From a virus (Duplodnaviria > Caudoviricetes): a DNA stretch of 64,000 nt. Position 1 is the first letter of the stretch. Each line of letters starts with the position of its first letter. The notes beneath the pieces were generated by a model. It had not been told where the DNA came from. It saw only the letters and a program-made list of their open reading frames with translations, and ran no database searches. Position numbers and translations under genes: made by a program. Below are positions 31,409 to 41,555 of the stretch, piece by piece. The DNA is taken from positions 4,662 to 68,661 of the IMG/VR virus record IMGVR_UViG_2571042804_000002. One strand, given 5' to 3'.

Positions 31409-31495
31409 ATGCTTTGTATGCCTATGGTTATGCATAAAAATCCCAGTGATAAGAGTATTTATCACTGGGATTTTTATGCCCTTTTGGGCTTTTGA
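31409..31495 (+). CDS. tet(M) leader peptide Orf12
   Basis: MLCMPMVMHKNPSDKSIYHWDFYALLGF (28 aa). Confidence 0.85.
   Translation: MLCMPMVMHKNPSDKSIYHWDFYALLGF
31432..31485 (+). terminator. tet(M) attenuator hairpin
   Basis: Perfect 21-bp inverted repeat GCATAAAAATCCCAGTGATAA / TTATCACTGGGATTTTTATGC. Confidence 0.85.
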
Positions 31496-31510
31496 ATGGA
31501 GGAAAATCAC

Positions 31511-33430
31511 ATGAAAATTATTAATATTGGAGTTTTAGCTCATGTTGATGCGGGAAAAACTACCTTAACAGAAAGCTTATTATATAACAGTGGAGCGATT
31601 ACAGAATTAGGAAGCGTGGACAAAGGTACAACGAGGACGGATAATACGCTTTTAGAACGTCAGAGAGGAATTACAATTCAGACAGGAATAACCTCTTTTC
31701 AGTGGGAAAATACGAAGGTGAACATCATAGACACGCCAGGACATATGGATTTCTTAGCAGAAGTATATCGTTCATTATCAGTTTTAGATGGGGCAATTCT
31801 ACTGATTTCTGCAAAAGATGGCGTACAAGCACAAACTCGTATATTATTTCATGCACTTAGGAAAATGGGGATTCCCACAATCTTTTTTATCAATAAGATT
31901 GACCAAAATGGAATTGATTTATCAACGGTTTATCAGGATATTAAAGAGAAACTTTCTGCCGAAATTGTAATCAAACAGAAGGTAGAACTGTATCCTAATA
32001 TGTGTGTGACGAACTTTACCGAATCTGAACAATGGGATACGGTAATAGAGGGAAACGATGACCTTTTAGAGAAATATATGTCCGGTAAATCATTAGAAGC
32101 ATTGGAACTCGAACAAGAGGAAAGCATAAGATTTCAGAATTGTTCTCTGTTCCCTCTTTATCATGGAAGTGCAAAAAGTAATATAGGGATTGATAACCTT
32201 ATAGAAGTTATTACTAATAAATTTTATTCATCAACACATCGAGGTCCGTCTGAACTTTGCGGAAATGTTTTCAAAATTGAATATACAAAAAAAAGACAAC
32301 GTCTTGCATATATACGCCTTTATAGTGGAGTACTACATTTACGAGATTCGGTTAGAGTATCAGAAAAAGAAAAAATAAAAGTTACAGAAATGTATACTTC
32401 AATAAATGGTGAATTATGTAAGATTGATAGAGCTTATTCTGGAGAAATTGTTATTTTGCAAAATGAGTTTTTGAAGTTAAATAGTGTTCTTGGAGATACA
32501 AAACTATTGCCACAGAGAAAAAAGATTGAAAATCCGCACCCTCTACTACAAACAACTGTTGAACCGAGTAAACCTGAACAGAGAGAAATGTTGCTTGATG
32601 CCCTTTTGGAAATCTCAGATAGTGATCCGCTTCTACGATATTACGTGGATTCTACGACACATGAAATTATACTTTCTTTCTTAGGGAAAGTACAAATGGA
32701 AGTGATTAGTGCACTGTTGCAAGAAAAGTATCATGTGGAGATAGAACTAAAAGAGCCTACAGTCATTTATATGGAGAGACCGTTAAAAAATGCAGAATAT
32801 ACCATTCACATCGAAGTGCCGCCAAATCCTTTCTGGGCTTCCATTGGTTTATCTGTATCACCGCTTCCGTTGGGAAGTGGAATGCAGTATGAGAGCTCGG
32901 TTTCTCTTGGATACTTAAATCAATCATTTCAAAATGCAGTTATGGAAGGGATACGCTATGGTTGCGAACAAGGATTATATGGTTGGAATGTGACGGATTG
33001 TAAAATCTGTTTTAAGTACGGTTTATACTATAGCCCTGTTAGTACTCCAGCAGATTTTCGGATGCTTGCTCCTATTGTATTGGAACAAGTCTTAAAAAAA
33101 GCTGGAACAGAATTGTTAGAGCCATATCTTAGTTTTAAAATTTATGCGCCACAGGAATATCTTTCACGAGCATACAACGATGCTCCTAAATATTGTGCGA
33201 ACATCGTAGACACTCAATTGAAAAATAATGAGGTCATTCTTAGTGGAGAAATCCCTGCTCGGTGTATTCAAGAATATCGTAGTGATTTAACTTTCTTTAC
33301 AAATGGACGTAGTGTTTGTTTAACAGAGTTAAAAGGGTACCATGTTACTACCGGTGAACCTGTTTGCCAGCCCCGTCGTCCAAATAGTCGGATAGATAAA
33401 GTACGATATATGTTCAATAAAATAACTTAG
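31511..33430 (+). CDS. tetM: Tetracycline ribosomal protection protein TetM
   Basis: 639 aa EF-G-like GTPase: [24 protein letters not shown]. Confidence 0.99.
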   Translation: MKIINIGVLAHVDAGKTTLTESLLYNSGAITELGSVDKGTTRTDNTLLERQRGITIQTGITSFQWENTKVNIIDTPGHMDFLAEVYRSLSVLDGAILLISAKDGVQAQTRILFHALRKMGIPTIFFINKIDQNGIDLSTVYQDIKEKLSAEIVIKQKVELYPNMCVTNFTESEQWDTVIEGNDDLLEKYMSGKSLEALELEQEESIRFQNCSLFPLYHGSAKSNIGIDNLIEVITNKFYSSTHRGPSELCGNVFKIEYTKKRQRLAYIRLYSGVLHLRDSVRVSEKEKIKVTEMYTSINGELCKIDRAYSGEIVILQNEFLKLNSVLGDTKLLPQRKKIENPHPLLQTTVEPSKPEQREMLLDALLEISDSDPLLRYYVDSTTHEIILSFLGKVQMEVISALLQEKYHVEIELKEPTVIYMERPLKNAEYTIHIEVPPNPFWASIGLSVSPLPLGSGMQYESSVSLGYLNQSFQNAVMEGIRYGCEQGLYGWNVTDCKICFKYGLYYSPVSTPADFRMLAPIVLEQVLKKAGTELLEPYLSFKIYAPQEYLSRAYNDAPKYCANIVDTQLKNNEVILSGEIPARCIQEYRSDLTFFTNGRSVCLTELKGYHVTTGEPVCQPRRPNSRIDKVRYMFNKIT

Positions 33431-33527
33431 TGTATTTTATGTTGTTATATAAATATGGTTTCTTGTTAAATAAGATGAAATATTTTTTAATAAAGATTTG
33501 AATTAAAGTGTAAAGGAGGAGATAGTT

Positions 33528-33716
33528 ATTATAAACTACAAGTGGATATTGTGTCCTGTATGTGGAAATAAAACACGATTAAAGATAAGGGAAGATACTG
33601 AATTAAAAAAATTCCCCCTCTATTGTCCGAAATGCAGACAAGAAAATTTAATTGAAATAAAGCAGTTCAAAGTAACTGTGATTACAGAGCCAGACGCAAA
33701 GACGCAGAGCCGATAA
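33528..33716 (+). CDS. Tn916 Orf6, cysteine-rich KTR protein
   Basis: WILCPVCGNKTR...LYCPKC; non-ATG start after AGGAGG. Confidence 0.7.
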   Translation: MINYKWILCPVCGNKTRLKIREDTELKKFPLYCPKCRQENLIEIKQFKVTVITEPDAKTQSR

Positions 33717-33775
33717 AATGAGATTAATACAATCTCATTTTATCGGCTCTTTCCGTTATGTATGGATTCTTTTAA

Positions 33776-34129
33776 TTAGTCTTCGATGTTTCTTGCTTCG
33801 TTGATACCGCTGGCTAAAGATTCCATTAAGGATAGTTCTTTGTCTGTAAAGCTATCCATGTATTTCTCTATCTGTAATCGTCGGGTGCTTTTTACCAAGT
33901 TATTAGCAGGTAAGAAAAATTCATCAACGGAAACATGAAGTAACGATACAAGGTCATAAAGAACTTGTATGCTGGGGTGTTGCCCTTTATTTTCAATATT
34001 AGTTAAGTACCGTGGGTCAATTTCAATCAATGCTCCCACTTGTTCACGAGTTAAACCTCGTTTCAATCGAGCTTCTTTAATGGCTAAACCAAAGGCTCTA
34101 AAATCATATTTATCTTCTTTTTTACGCAT
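33776..34129 (-). CDS. Tn916 Orf9 XRE repressor
   Basis: HTH_3 motif; synteny. Confidence 0.9.
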   Translation of the reverse strand: MRKKEDKYDFRAFGLAIKEARLKRGLTREQVGALIEIDPRYLTNIENKGQHPSIQVLYDLVSLLHVSVDEFFLPANNLVKSTRRLQIEKYMDSFTDKELSLMESLASGINEARNIED

Positions 34130-34333
34130 AGTAGACCACCTCTATACATTTTATTGTTCCTACTGAATTAAAAACAGGTATAGAAAAACGTGTTATATGG
34201 TTTATAGGTTTATATTTAATAAAAAGCACTACTAAACGCCAATAAAAAAAACCGTTATATGGTAGTGCTATTTACGCTGTTAAAATATTGTATATTACTT
34301 CCAAATGGCGGTTTGTTGGAGGTCAACGTCGCC

Positions 34334-34405
34334 ATGAAGTACATCATATACAATAAATTTCCTTACATTGGGTTCTTGTCAAAAAAAGTCGTCTATCTGC
34401 AATAG
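34334..34405 (+). CDS. Tn916 Orf10 (small)
   Basis: 23-aa MKYIIYNKFPYIGFLSKKVVYLQ with GGAGG RBS. Confidence 0.5.
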   Translation: MKYIIYNKFPYIGFLSKKVVYLQ

Positions 34406-34633
34406 ATAAGTACGTCCACCAATGTGGTTTTATAAATCATATAGATAGAATAACAGAAGCATGTAAACAGAGAAATAAATCTGTTTATATGCTTTTTTGG
34501 CTATTCAGAACTTTTTTACAAAGTTTATTTATCAGTAATGCAACAAATCCCCCTTTCACATTGGGACTAAGAGTGAAAGGAGATAAACGAGCAAGGCTCA
34601 CTTCCTTTCCTAGACAGAAAGGGGGTGAGAAAC

Positions 34634-35056
34634 ATGAAACCATCTTCTTTTCAGACCACAATAGAAAATCAGTTTGACTATATCTGTAAACGTGCTATGG
34701 AAGACGAGCGAAAGAATTATATGCTTTATCTTTCAAGGATTGCAAAGCGTGAGGTGTCCTTTTCGGATGTTGGCGATTATCTTGTTAGCCAGTTTGCGAC
34801 AACAGATAACTATTCAACTGACTTTCAGATTTTTACACTCAATGGGTTATCAGTAGGCGTTGAAAATGATTTGTTGAGTGAAGCATTACGTGAGTTGCCA
34901 GACAAGAAACGTGAAATTCTACTGCTGTTTTACTTTATGGACATGAGCGATTCAGAAATTGCAGACCTGTTGAAATTGAACCGTTCTACTGTCTATCGGC
35001 ATAGAACCAGTGGACTAGCCTTAATTAAAAAGTTTATGGAGGAATTTGAAGAATGA
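34634..35056 (+). CDS. Tn916 Orf7 sigma-70 region 4-like activator
   Basis: LPDKKREILLL...SDSEIADLL...RSTVYRH. Confidence 0.9.
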   Translation: MKPSSFQTTIENQFDYICKRAMEDERKNYMLYLSRIAKREVSFSDVGDYLVSQFATTDNYSTDFQIFTLNGLSVGVENDLLSEALRELPDKKREILLLFYFMDMSDSEIADLLKLNRSTVYRHRTSGLALIKKFMEEFEE

Positions 35057-35283
35057 AAACACAATATCCTATGATTCCCTTTCCTCTCATTGTAAAGGCA
35101 ACAGATGGCGATACCGAAGCGATTAACCAGATTCTACATCATTACAGAGGGTACATAACGAAGCGTTCCCTACGACTTATGAAAGATGAATATGGCAATC
35201 AAAGTATGGTCGTTGATGAAGTCTTACGTGGAAGAATGGAAACCAGACTGATTACAAAGATTTTGTCATTTGAAATTAAGTAA
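35053..35283 (+). CDS. Tn916 Orf8 HTH activator
   Basis: ATGA overlap with orf7; recognised sequence. Confidence 0.88.
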   Translation: MKTQYPMIPFPLIVKATDGDTEAINQILHHYRGYITKRSLRLMKDEYGNQSMVVDEVLRGRMETRLITKILSFEIK

Positions 35284-35508
35284 TATCCTCTCTCCTTTCG
35301 TGGAAGCGTGCTAAACCATTCCACGCTTCCCGAACAGGGAGGTTTGTTATTCCACCAAAGCATATTGAGCTTTCAATGTGTTTTGATAGGCTAACGAGCC
35401 ATTGTTCTTTGAAAACTGAATAAAAGTAATCGAATACGTTTCGATAAGAAAAGAGCCAACGGAACTAACCGCCATGACCTATCTTATAAAGATAGCGAGC
35501 GATTCATG

Positions 35509-35760
35509 TTAGTGATCCGAGAAGCAATCTTTAGCAGGATTGCCTGCAACGACATTCTTATCGTGATAATGATACTCCCATACAGTCAATAGTCCGAGCG
35601 TGATAAAACCGTCGCAGGCAATGAGTATGGCTACATGAGAACCATGCAGGGGTGGAACTCCCGTGAGCTTTGCTAAAGCTGTTCGATTGCTGGTAAAACA
35701 ACTTTTATGAAATCCAAATAAGTGATTTGGAAAGGAGGATTTTATGAAGCAGACTGACAT
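35509..35760 (-). CDS. Tn916 Orf5 (hypothetical)
   Basis: Annotated position in Tn916; coding status doubtful. Confidence 0.4.
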
Positions 35761-35947
35761 TCCTATTTGGGAACGTTATACCCTAACCATTGAAGAAGCG
35801 TCAAAATATTTTCGTATTGGCGAAAACAAGCTACGACGCTTGGCAGAGGAAAATAAAAATGCAAATTGGCTGATTATGAATGGCAATCGTATTCAGATTA
35901 AACGAAAACAATTTGAAAAAATTATAGATACATTGGACGCAATCTAG
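35744..35947 (+). CDS. xis: Tn916 excisionase
   Basis: [31 protein letters not shown]. Confidence 0.96.
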
Positions 35948-36028
35948 CGTCGCCAAAGGGTCTTGTATATGATAAAATAGTATTAAGTCGTATCAAGGCT
36001 CTTTCCATAAAGGAAAGGAGCAAATGCC

Positions 36029-37246
36029 ATGTCAGAAAAAAGACGTGACAATAAAGGTCGAATCTTAAAGACTGGAGAGAGCCAACGAAAAGACGGAAGA
36101 TACTTATACAAATATATAGATTCATTTGGAGAACCGCAATTTGTTTACTCGTGGAAACTTGTGGCTACAGACCGAGTACCAGCAGGAAAGCGTGATTGTA
36201 TCTCACTTAGAGAGAAAATCGCAGAGTTACAGAAAGACATTCATGATGGTATTGATGTTGTAGGAAAGAAAATGACACTCTGCCAGCTTTACGCAAAACA
36301 GAACGCTCAAAGACCAAAGGTTAGAAAAAACACTGAAACTGGACGCAAATATCTTATGGATATTTTGAAGAAAGACAAGTTAGGTGTAAGAAGTATTGAC
36401 AGTATTAAGCCATCAGACGCTAAAGAATGGGCTATTAGAATGAGTGAAAATGGTTATGCTTATCAAACCATCAATAACTACAAACGTTCTTTAAAGGCTT
36501 CATTCTATATTGCTATACAAGATGATTGTGTTCGGAAGAATCCATTTGACTTTCAACTGAAAGCAGTTCTTGATGATGATACTGTCCCTAAGACCGTACT
36601 AACAGAAGAACAGGAAGAAAAACTGTTAGCCTTTGCAAAAGCTGATAAAACCTACAGCAAAAATTATGATGAAATTCTGATACTCTTAAAAACAGGTCTT
36701 CGTATTTCAGAGTTTGGTGGTTTGACACTTCCAGATTTAGATTTTGAGAATCGTCTTGTCAATATAGACCATCAGCTATTGAGAGATACTGAAATTGGGT
36801 ACTACATTGAAACACCAAAGACCAAAAGTGGCGAACGTCAAGTTCCTATGGTTGAAGAAGCCTATCAAGCATTTAAGCGAGTGTTAGCGAATCGAAAGAA
36901 TGATAAGCGTGTTGAGATTGATGGATATAGTGATTTCCTCTTTCTTAATAGAAAGAACTATCCAAAAGTGGCAAGTGATTACAACGGCATGATGAAAGGT
37001 CTTGTTAAGAAATACAATAAGTATAACGAGGATAAATTGCCACACATCACTCCACATAGTTTGCGACATACATTCTGTACCAACTATGCAAATGCAGGAA
37101 TGAATCCAAAGGCATTACAGTACATTATGGGACATGCTAATATAGCCATGACGCTGAACTATTACGCACATGCAACATTCGATTCTGCAATGGCAGAAAT
37201 GAAACGCTTGAATAAAGAGAAGCAACAGGAGCGTCTTGTTGCTTAG
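36029..37246 (+). CDS. int: Tn916 tyrosine integrase
   Basis: TGLRISE, HSLRH, MGH, YYAH intact. Confidence 0.97.
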   Translation: MSEKRRDNKGRILKTGESQRKDGRYLYKYIDSFGEPQFVYSWKLVATDRVPAGKRDCISLREKIAELQKDIHDGIDVVGKKMTLCQLYAKQNAQRPKVRKNTETGRKYLMDILKKDKLGVRSIDSIKPSDAKEWAIRMSENGYAYQTINNYKRSLKASFYIAIQDDCVRKNPFDFQLKAVLDDDTVPKTVLTEEQEEKLLAFAKADKTYSKNYDEILILLKTGLRISEFGGLTLPDLDFENRLVNIDHQLLRDTEIGYYIETPKTKSGERQVPMVEEAYQAFKRVLANRKNDKRVEIDGYSDFLFLNRKNYPKVASDYNGMMKGLVKKYNKYNEDKLPHITPHSLRHTFCTNYANAGMNPKALQYIMGHANIAMTLNYYAHATFDSAMAEMKRLNKEKQQERLVA

Positions 37247-37420
37247 TAGTACAAATGAATTTACTACTTATTTACCACTTCTGACAGCTAAGACATGAGG
37301 AAATATGCAAAGAAACGTGAAGTATCTTCCTACAGTAAAAATACTCGAAAGCACATAGAATAAGGCTTTACGAGCATTTAAGAAAATATAAAAAGATAAT
37401 TAGAAATTTATACTTTGTTT

Positions 37421-37741
37421 GTGCATAAAAATAGTGTCACCACTCATAGCGATAACACTAGCAATTGATGCCGCTAAGGCATCGACATAGATATTAATTT
37501 TTGCAGGATGCATTTTTAGCATATTGTATATTGCATGCCCTTCAAATACACTGCCTCCAGATGAATTTATATGAACATCTATTTCACTGATGTCTCCTAG
37601 TTCATCTAGTTTATTTTTGAAATCTGTAGCAGTTACATCACTTTCAAACCATTTATCACTTACAATATCACCATAAATAAATATTTCACCTTTACTTTTT
37701 GATTTTCTTTTCATTTGAAAATACTTAGCTTTCATTGACAT
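37421..37741 (-). pseudogene. ClpP-type prohead protease, N-terminal part (interrupted by Tn916)
   Basis: INSSGGSV, ALAASIAS (catalytic Ser), ends GDTIFMH at the junction; reads on into Tn end as KQSINF*. Confidence 0.93.
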
Positions 37742-38963
37742 TTTTATCACCACCTTTCAAAGATTTTCTTAATTCAAGTGGCGTGTCAATTGGGTATAAA
37801 TCACCGCTTATTAGCGGCTTATCTCCACCTTCAACTGGTGGTAAATCTTCCCACTCTCTAATGTCATTTATAGTGTAGTAACCACTACGAACTGCTTTAA
37901 AGTACACTTCTGCTTGTGTTGCACTATCAGCCCTTAAATAAGATTTAACGTTAAATTTAAAATACCTATTTTTTTCTCTGTCTGTTTTAGTAAGTAGTTT
38001 CCGATTAAATTCTTCTTCGTACTGTTTGATAATCGGCAATAAGGTATGTTGCAAATAGTACCGATTTAACTCTTCATTTTTCGTGAAATTTGTATTTGAT
38101 TTTGCATTTAAAAATACTGAAGGTATTTGAAAAACATTAGCAACCCTTTCTCTTGTTAAATTCTCGCTTGCTACTATATCTTCAGAGACATATTTTTTAG
38201 GTAGCGGTTCGATTTCAACGCCCGGCTCTTGAAATAAAACTCCACCATTTTCTTTGTAGTATTGTTTAAAATCTTCTAATACTTGTTGCCTTTTTTCTGT
38301 ATTTACATTGGAACCGTATTTAAGCATGAATGAATCTGGCTTTTGCATTTCTGTCAGGTTAAAGCTTCTTACTGCATTATCAAATTCAGTTGTATTTTTT
38401 AACACATCAATCGGACTAATACCTTGAACCATATTAGATGCTACAATGTGTTTGAAATGGAGCACATCCATGTTATGAACAATTAGTTTGTTACCGGTCG
38501 CAGCATGAATTGAATAGTAAAGCTCACGTGATTTGTTTTCAATCAGCATCTCAACAACATCTGGATTTAATAAGAAAAGCTTTGCAGGTTGGTGATAGAT
38601 ATCTCGTTCTATTAATACATATGCATTACCTTTTTCATTTCTAATTGTTTCAATTTGATTAATAAAATCAAAACTACTTAGAGAATTATTTGGTGACACT
38701 GTAAGTAAATCAGATACTTCTGTATTAACTACTTTATAATCTTCATACATTTTCAAGGGCAAACTAGCCATCGAATTAGATAACTTTGTAATAGCTGAAA
38801 ATATCGTTTCATTAGTTTCAAGCGTATTATTAATTACACCCCAAAAAGATTTATTTTTCCATGGGCTAAAGTCATAAAGCTTAGAAGTTGACTGATCAAT
38901 CCAATTGTCTATCAATTTTTTCTTTATGCGTGTGATAATATTCTCTTTTGCGATAACATTCAC
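37725..38963 (-). CDS. Portal protein (HK97 family)
   Basis: GNAY, VLHFK, GISPI, TINDIREWEDLPPVEGGD. Confidence 0.94.
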   Translation of the reverse strand: MNVIAKENIITRIKKKLIDNWIDQSTSKLYDFSPWKNKSFWGVINNTLETNETIFSAITKLSNSMASLPLKMYEDYKVVNTEVSDLLTVSPNNSLSSFDFINQIETIRNEKGNAYVLIERDIYHQPAKLFLLNPDVVEMLIENKSRELYYSIHAATGNKLIVHNMDVLHFKHIVASNMVQGISPIDVLKNTTEFDNAVRSFNLTEMQKPDSFMLKYGSNVNTEKRQQVLEDFKQYYKENGGVLFQEPGVEIEPLPKKYVSEDIVASENLTRERVANVFQIPSVFLNAKSNTNFTKNEELNRYYLQHTLLPIIKQYEEEFNRKLLTKTDREKNRYFKFNVKSYLRADSATQAEVYFKAVRSGYYTINDIREWEDLPPVEGGDKPLISGDLYPIDTPLELRKSLKGGDKNVNES

Positions 38964-38967
38964 CTCC

Positions 38968-40659
38968 TTAACGCATTATGTCTTTAATACTAATAAACTC
39001 TATGTTTCCTTCACCACTATCAGAAACAACTTTATTCATAATGTCTGTGTATGTGTTTAAAAACGCTGCGAATCCATCTATTTTACGATACCTACTTTGT
39101 TTTGAAGGTAACCAGTTTCCATTTCTGTCCAGTTTTAACTGAACATTATTGATATACCATTTCATTAAAGGATTGTTATTAAATATTATTTTGCCGTCTA
39201 AAAACATCTCTTTTAGATCTTTCAGTGCTGGACTTAAAGTCAAAGCCCCTTGTCTTGTTTCTTCTGTTTCAAATCCATAATTTTTTAACTCTTGATTTAG
39301 TTTGAAAGCATTGGCTCTATCATAAGTAATTTTTTCTACAACATAATGCTCATTCATCTTTATTATCCAATTAAAGACATCCTGATAATCAATATACGGT
39401 TTATCTTGAATAGTTAGTAAGCCATCTTCTTCCCATTCTCTATATGGTATTTTTTCATTTGAGTACTCTACCTTATGCTTAGGAATCCATGAATGTGTTA
39501 AGACAGCAACTTTACCATTATCTAACGCAAATGTTGCACATGCGGCTGTAAAATCTTCTGTCTCTGATAAATCGTAACCAATCGTACAAGGTCTTCCTTC
39601 CAGCTCATCTAAGGAAATAATGTCATTATTTTTTTGAAGCGTTGGATAATCAATGAAGCTCATTTCGTCGTTATTAGCAAATATATTAAATCTTTTTGTT
39701 ATAAAATCTCCTCGTTCAGCTGGTGTACGTTTAGCTTTTTCCCACTCTTCTTTCATTTCATCTAAATCGATAGAAACGCCCAGGTTAGGATTTGCTTTAA
39801 TCCAATTCGACGAATCATTTATATCATCGTCATCATCTAAAGATGCTAAATAGTAAAAAGTTCTTTCATCTTCGATGATTTGATCTAATGTGTCTCTTCC
39901 CGCTTCTACCATATCAACGAGTGGACCATCTAATTGGTAACCCGCTGTCGTAATGTAGATAAGAAGAGGTTGTAACCTTGCCGCTCTTGAGTTTTTTATA
40001 ACTGAAATCAATTTATAGTCTTTAAATTCATGGATTTCATCGAAAATGCCCATATGTGTATTTAAACCATCCAACTTATCACTGTCTGAAGCCTGTGGCA
40101 TAATTTTAGATATCGTTGCATCGTAATGAATTTCATCTCTTAAAGGCCTGAAATTCTCTCTAAGTTTTGGGCTAGCTTTTATCATAGCCTTAGATTCATC
40201 AAATAGAATCCTCGCTTGTTTCATCACATTAGCTAACAAATGAATTTCTGCACCATTTTCTCCATCTTGTGACACAGCATAGTTAGCGACACCAGAAATG
40301 GTTGTTGTTTTACCATTTTTTCGACCCATAAATATTAAAGCTTCTTTATACCTGCGCAGTTTTGTTTCTTTATGAACCCAGCCAAATAAACTACCAATAA
40401 TAAAATGTTGCCATGGCTGTAATACAAGTTGACGTTTAGATCCTTTGGAAGGTTTACAAAACTTTTCTATAAATCGAATAGGACGATGTGCTAATTCTTC
40501 ATCAAACATCCATTTACCGCCATTTTTCAAATACCTAATGTGTCTTTCACATTCTTTTTTTACATATTTACTTGTTTTTATTTTCCCTTGAATAACTTGT
40601 TCTGCATACCACGTTGTTAGTAATTTTGGTGAGGGTTCATTTAATATTTTAATAGTCAC
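38968..40659 (-). CDS. terL: Terminase large subunit
   Basis: GRKNGKT, FDEIH, ITTAG, GYDLS, KIDG; GTG start inferred. Confidence 0.95.
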   Translation of the reverse strand: MTIKILNEPSPKLLTTWYAEQVIQGKIKTSKYVKKECERHIRYLKNGGKWMFDEELAHRPIRFIEKFCKPSKGSKRQLVLQPWQHFIIGSLFGWVHKETKLRRYKEALIFMGRKNGKTTTISGVANYAVSQDGENGAEIHLLANVMKQARILFDESKAMIKASPKLRENFRPLRDEIHYDATISKIMPQASDSDKLDGLNTHMGIFDEIHEFKDYKLISVIKNSRAARLQPLLIYITTAGYQLDGPLVDMVEAGRDTLDQIIEDERTFYYLASLDDDDDINDSSNWIKANPNLGVSIDLDEMKEEWEKAKRTPAERGDFITKRFNIFANNDEMSFIDYPTLQKNNDIISLDELEGRPCTIGYDLSETEDFTAACATFALDNGKVAVLTHSWIPKHKVEYSNEKIPYREWEEDGLLTIQDKPYIDYQDVFNWIIKMNEHYVVEKITYDRANAFKLNQELKNYGFETEETRQGALTLSPALKDLKEMFLDGKIIFNNNPLMKWYINNVQLKLDRNGNWLPSKQSRYRKIDGFAAFLNTYTDIMNKVVSDSGEGNIEFISIKDIMR

Positions 40660-40954
40660 CAAATCCACCTTCTTCTTGCACTATCTTTTTCCTTTGTGCT
40701 GCAGTTAAACCCATAGACTTGAGTAAGTTATTTAGTGTTTGAACTGTTTTTGTCAGTTCAATACTTAATGGATTCTTAACAATATTACTTGCTCCAGCTT
40801 TATTGGTATGCTCCATCATCAAATCACTGTTTTTCAATTCATCCCGTAATCGACAATAAAATTCATATGTTTCTAAATATAAATTAATTAACATATCGTC
40901 AGATTTTTTGTAGTCTTCAATATATTCTTTCAGCTGTTTTTTTGTTAATTTCAT
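40649..40954 (-). CDS. terS: Terminase small subunit (P27 family)
   Basis: KNPL...MGLTAAQR motif; between HNH and terL. Confidence 0.88.
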   Translation of the reverse strand: MKLTKKQLKEYIEDYKKSDDMLINLYLETYEFYCRLRDELKNSDLMMEHTNKAGASNIVKNPLSIELTKTVQTLNNLLKSMGLTAAQRKKIVQEEGGFGDY

Positions 40955-40984
40955 AAGAAAACCCCCTTTCATGAAAAATTATCT

Positions 40985-41052
40985 GCGCTGCTCTCGTTCC
41001 TGCCTTCACCGGTTCCCGGTGTATAATGGAACTCCCCACCAGGTAGGGGGGA
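40985..41052. other. Candidate cos region
   Basis: GC-rich intergenic stretch between HNH and terS, the usual cos position in HNH/P27 cos phages. Confidence 0.55.
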
Positions 41053-41078
41053 TTAAAAATTATTTTATAATTTTTTAT

Positions 41079-41399
41079 TTAAATTTTTTCAACTCGAAAC
41101 TTTTTATTTTTATATTTATCTTTGTTTTTATCATTTGCATGAATTTTGTTATGACAACTATAACAAACTGACATTAGATTATCTAAGTCTAAAGCTTTGT
41201 TAAAATCTTCATCAACATAAATAATGTGATGTACAATGTTTGCATCTGTTACAATATCTTCGCGTAAACACATTTGACAAAGATAATTATCTCTATCTAA
41301 TGCTATCTCTCTTAACTTCTTCCATGCTTTTGAATGATAGAACCAATCGTATTGATATGACTTACGACCATGCTTATAAATGTTATTACGCTTGATCAA
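41079..41399 (-). CDS. HNH endonuclease (packaging cofactor)
   Basis: RDNYLCQMC...VHHI...NLMSVCYSCHNKIH. Confidence 0.92.
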   Translation of the reverse strand: MIKRNNIYKHGRKSYQYDWFYHSKAWKKLREIALDRDNYLCQMCLREDIVTDANIVHHIIYVDEDFNKALDLDNLMSVCYSCHNKIHANDKNKDKYKNKKFRVEKI

Positions 41400-41503
41400 C
41401 TCTTACACCTCTTTGATTGCATAACAAAAGACACACCGCATAGCGATGTGCCTCGTTTACTTATGTCGTATAACTTTTAGATAACTTTATACATCTTTCC
41501 GAT

Positions 41504-41554
41504 ACTATCATATTACTACAGATTTGTAGGCCTTTTGCACAATCTTTGCACAAT
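41504..41554 (-). promoter_or_regulatory. Probable late promoter with activator-binding direct repeat
   Basis: ATTGTGCAAA x2 (11-bp period) just after rinA stop, then TATGAT -10-like; precedes HNH-terS. Confidence 0.55.
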
Positions 41555-41555
41555 G

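Larger units (their letters stand above)
19387..37420 (+). mobile_element. Tn916 conjugative transposon / ICE (18,034 bp) carrying tet(M)
   Basis: Ends AAAAATAGCATAAAAATCTAG... and ...AAATTTATACTTTGTTT; full orf24-orf13, tet(M), regulatory genes, xis, int. Confidence 0.98.

Noticed and set aside
31430-31441. Orf12 encodes MHKN, the same tetrapeptide as the protease insertion site
   Set aside because: Short AT-rich coincidence; Tn916 integration does not use this internal sequence
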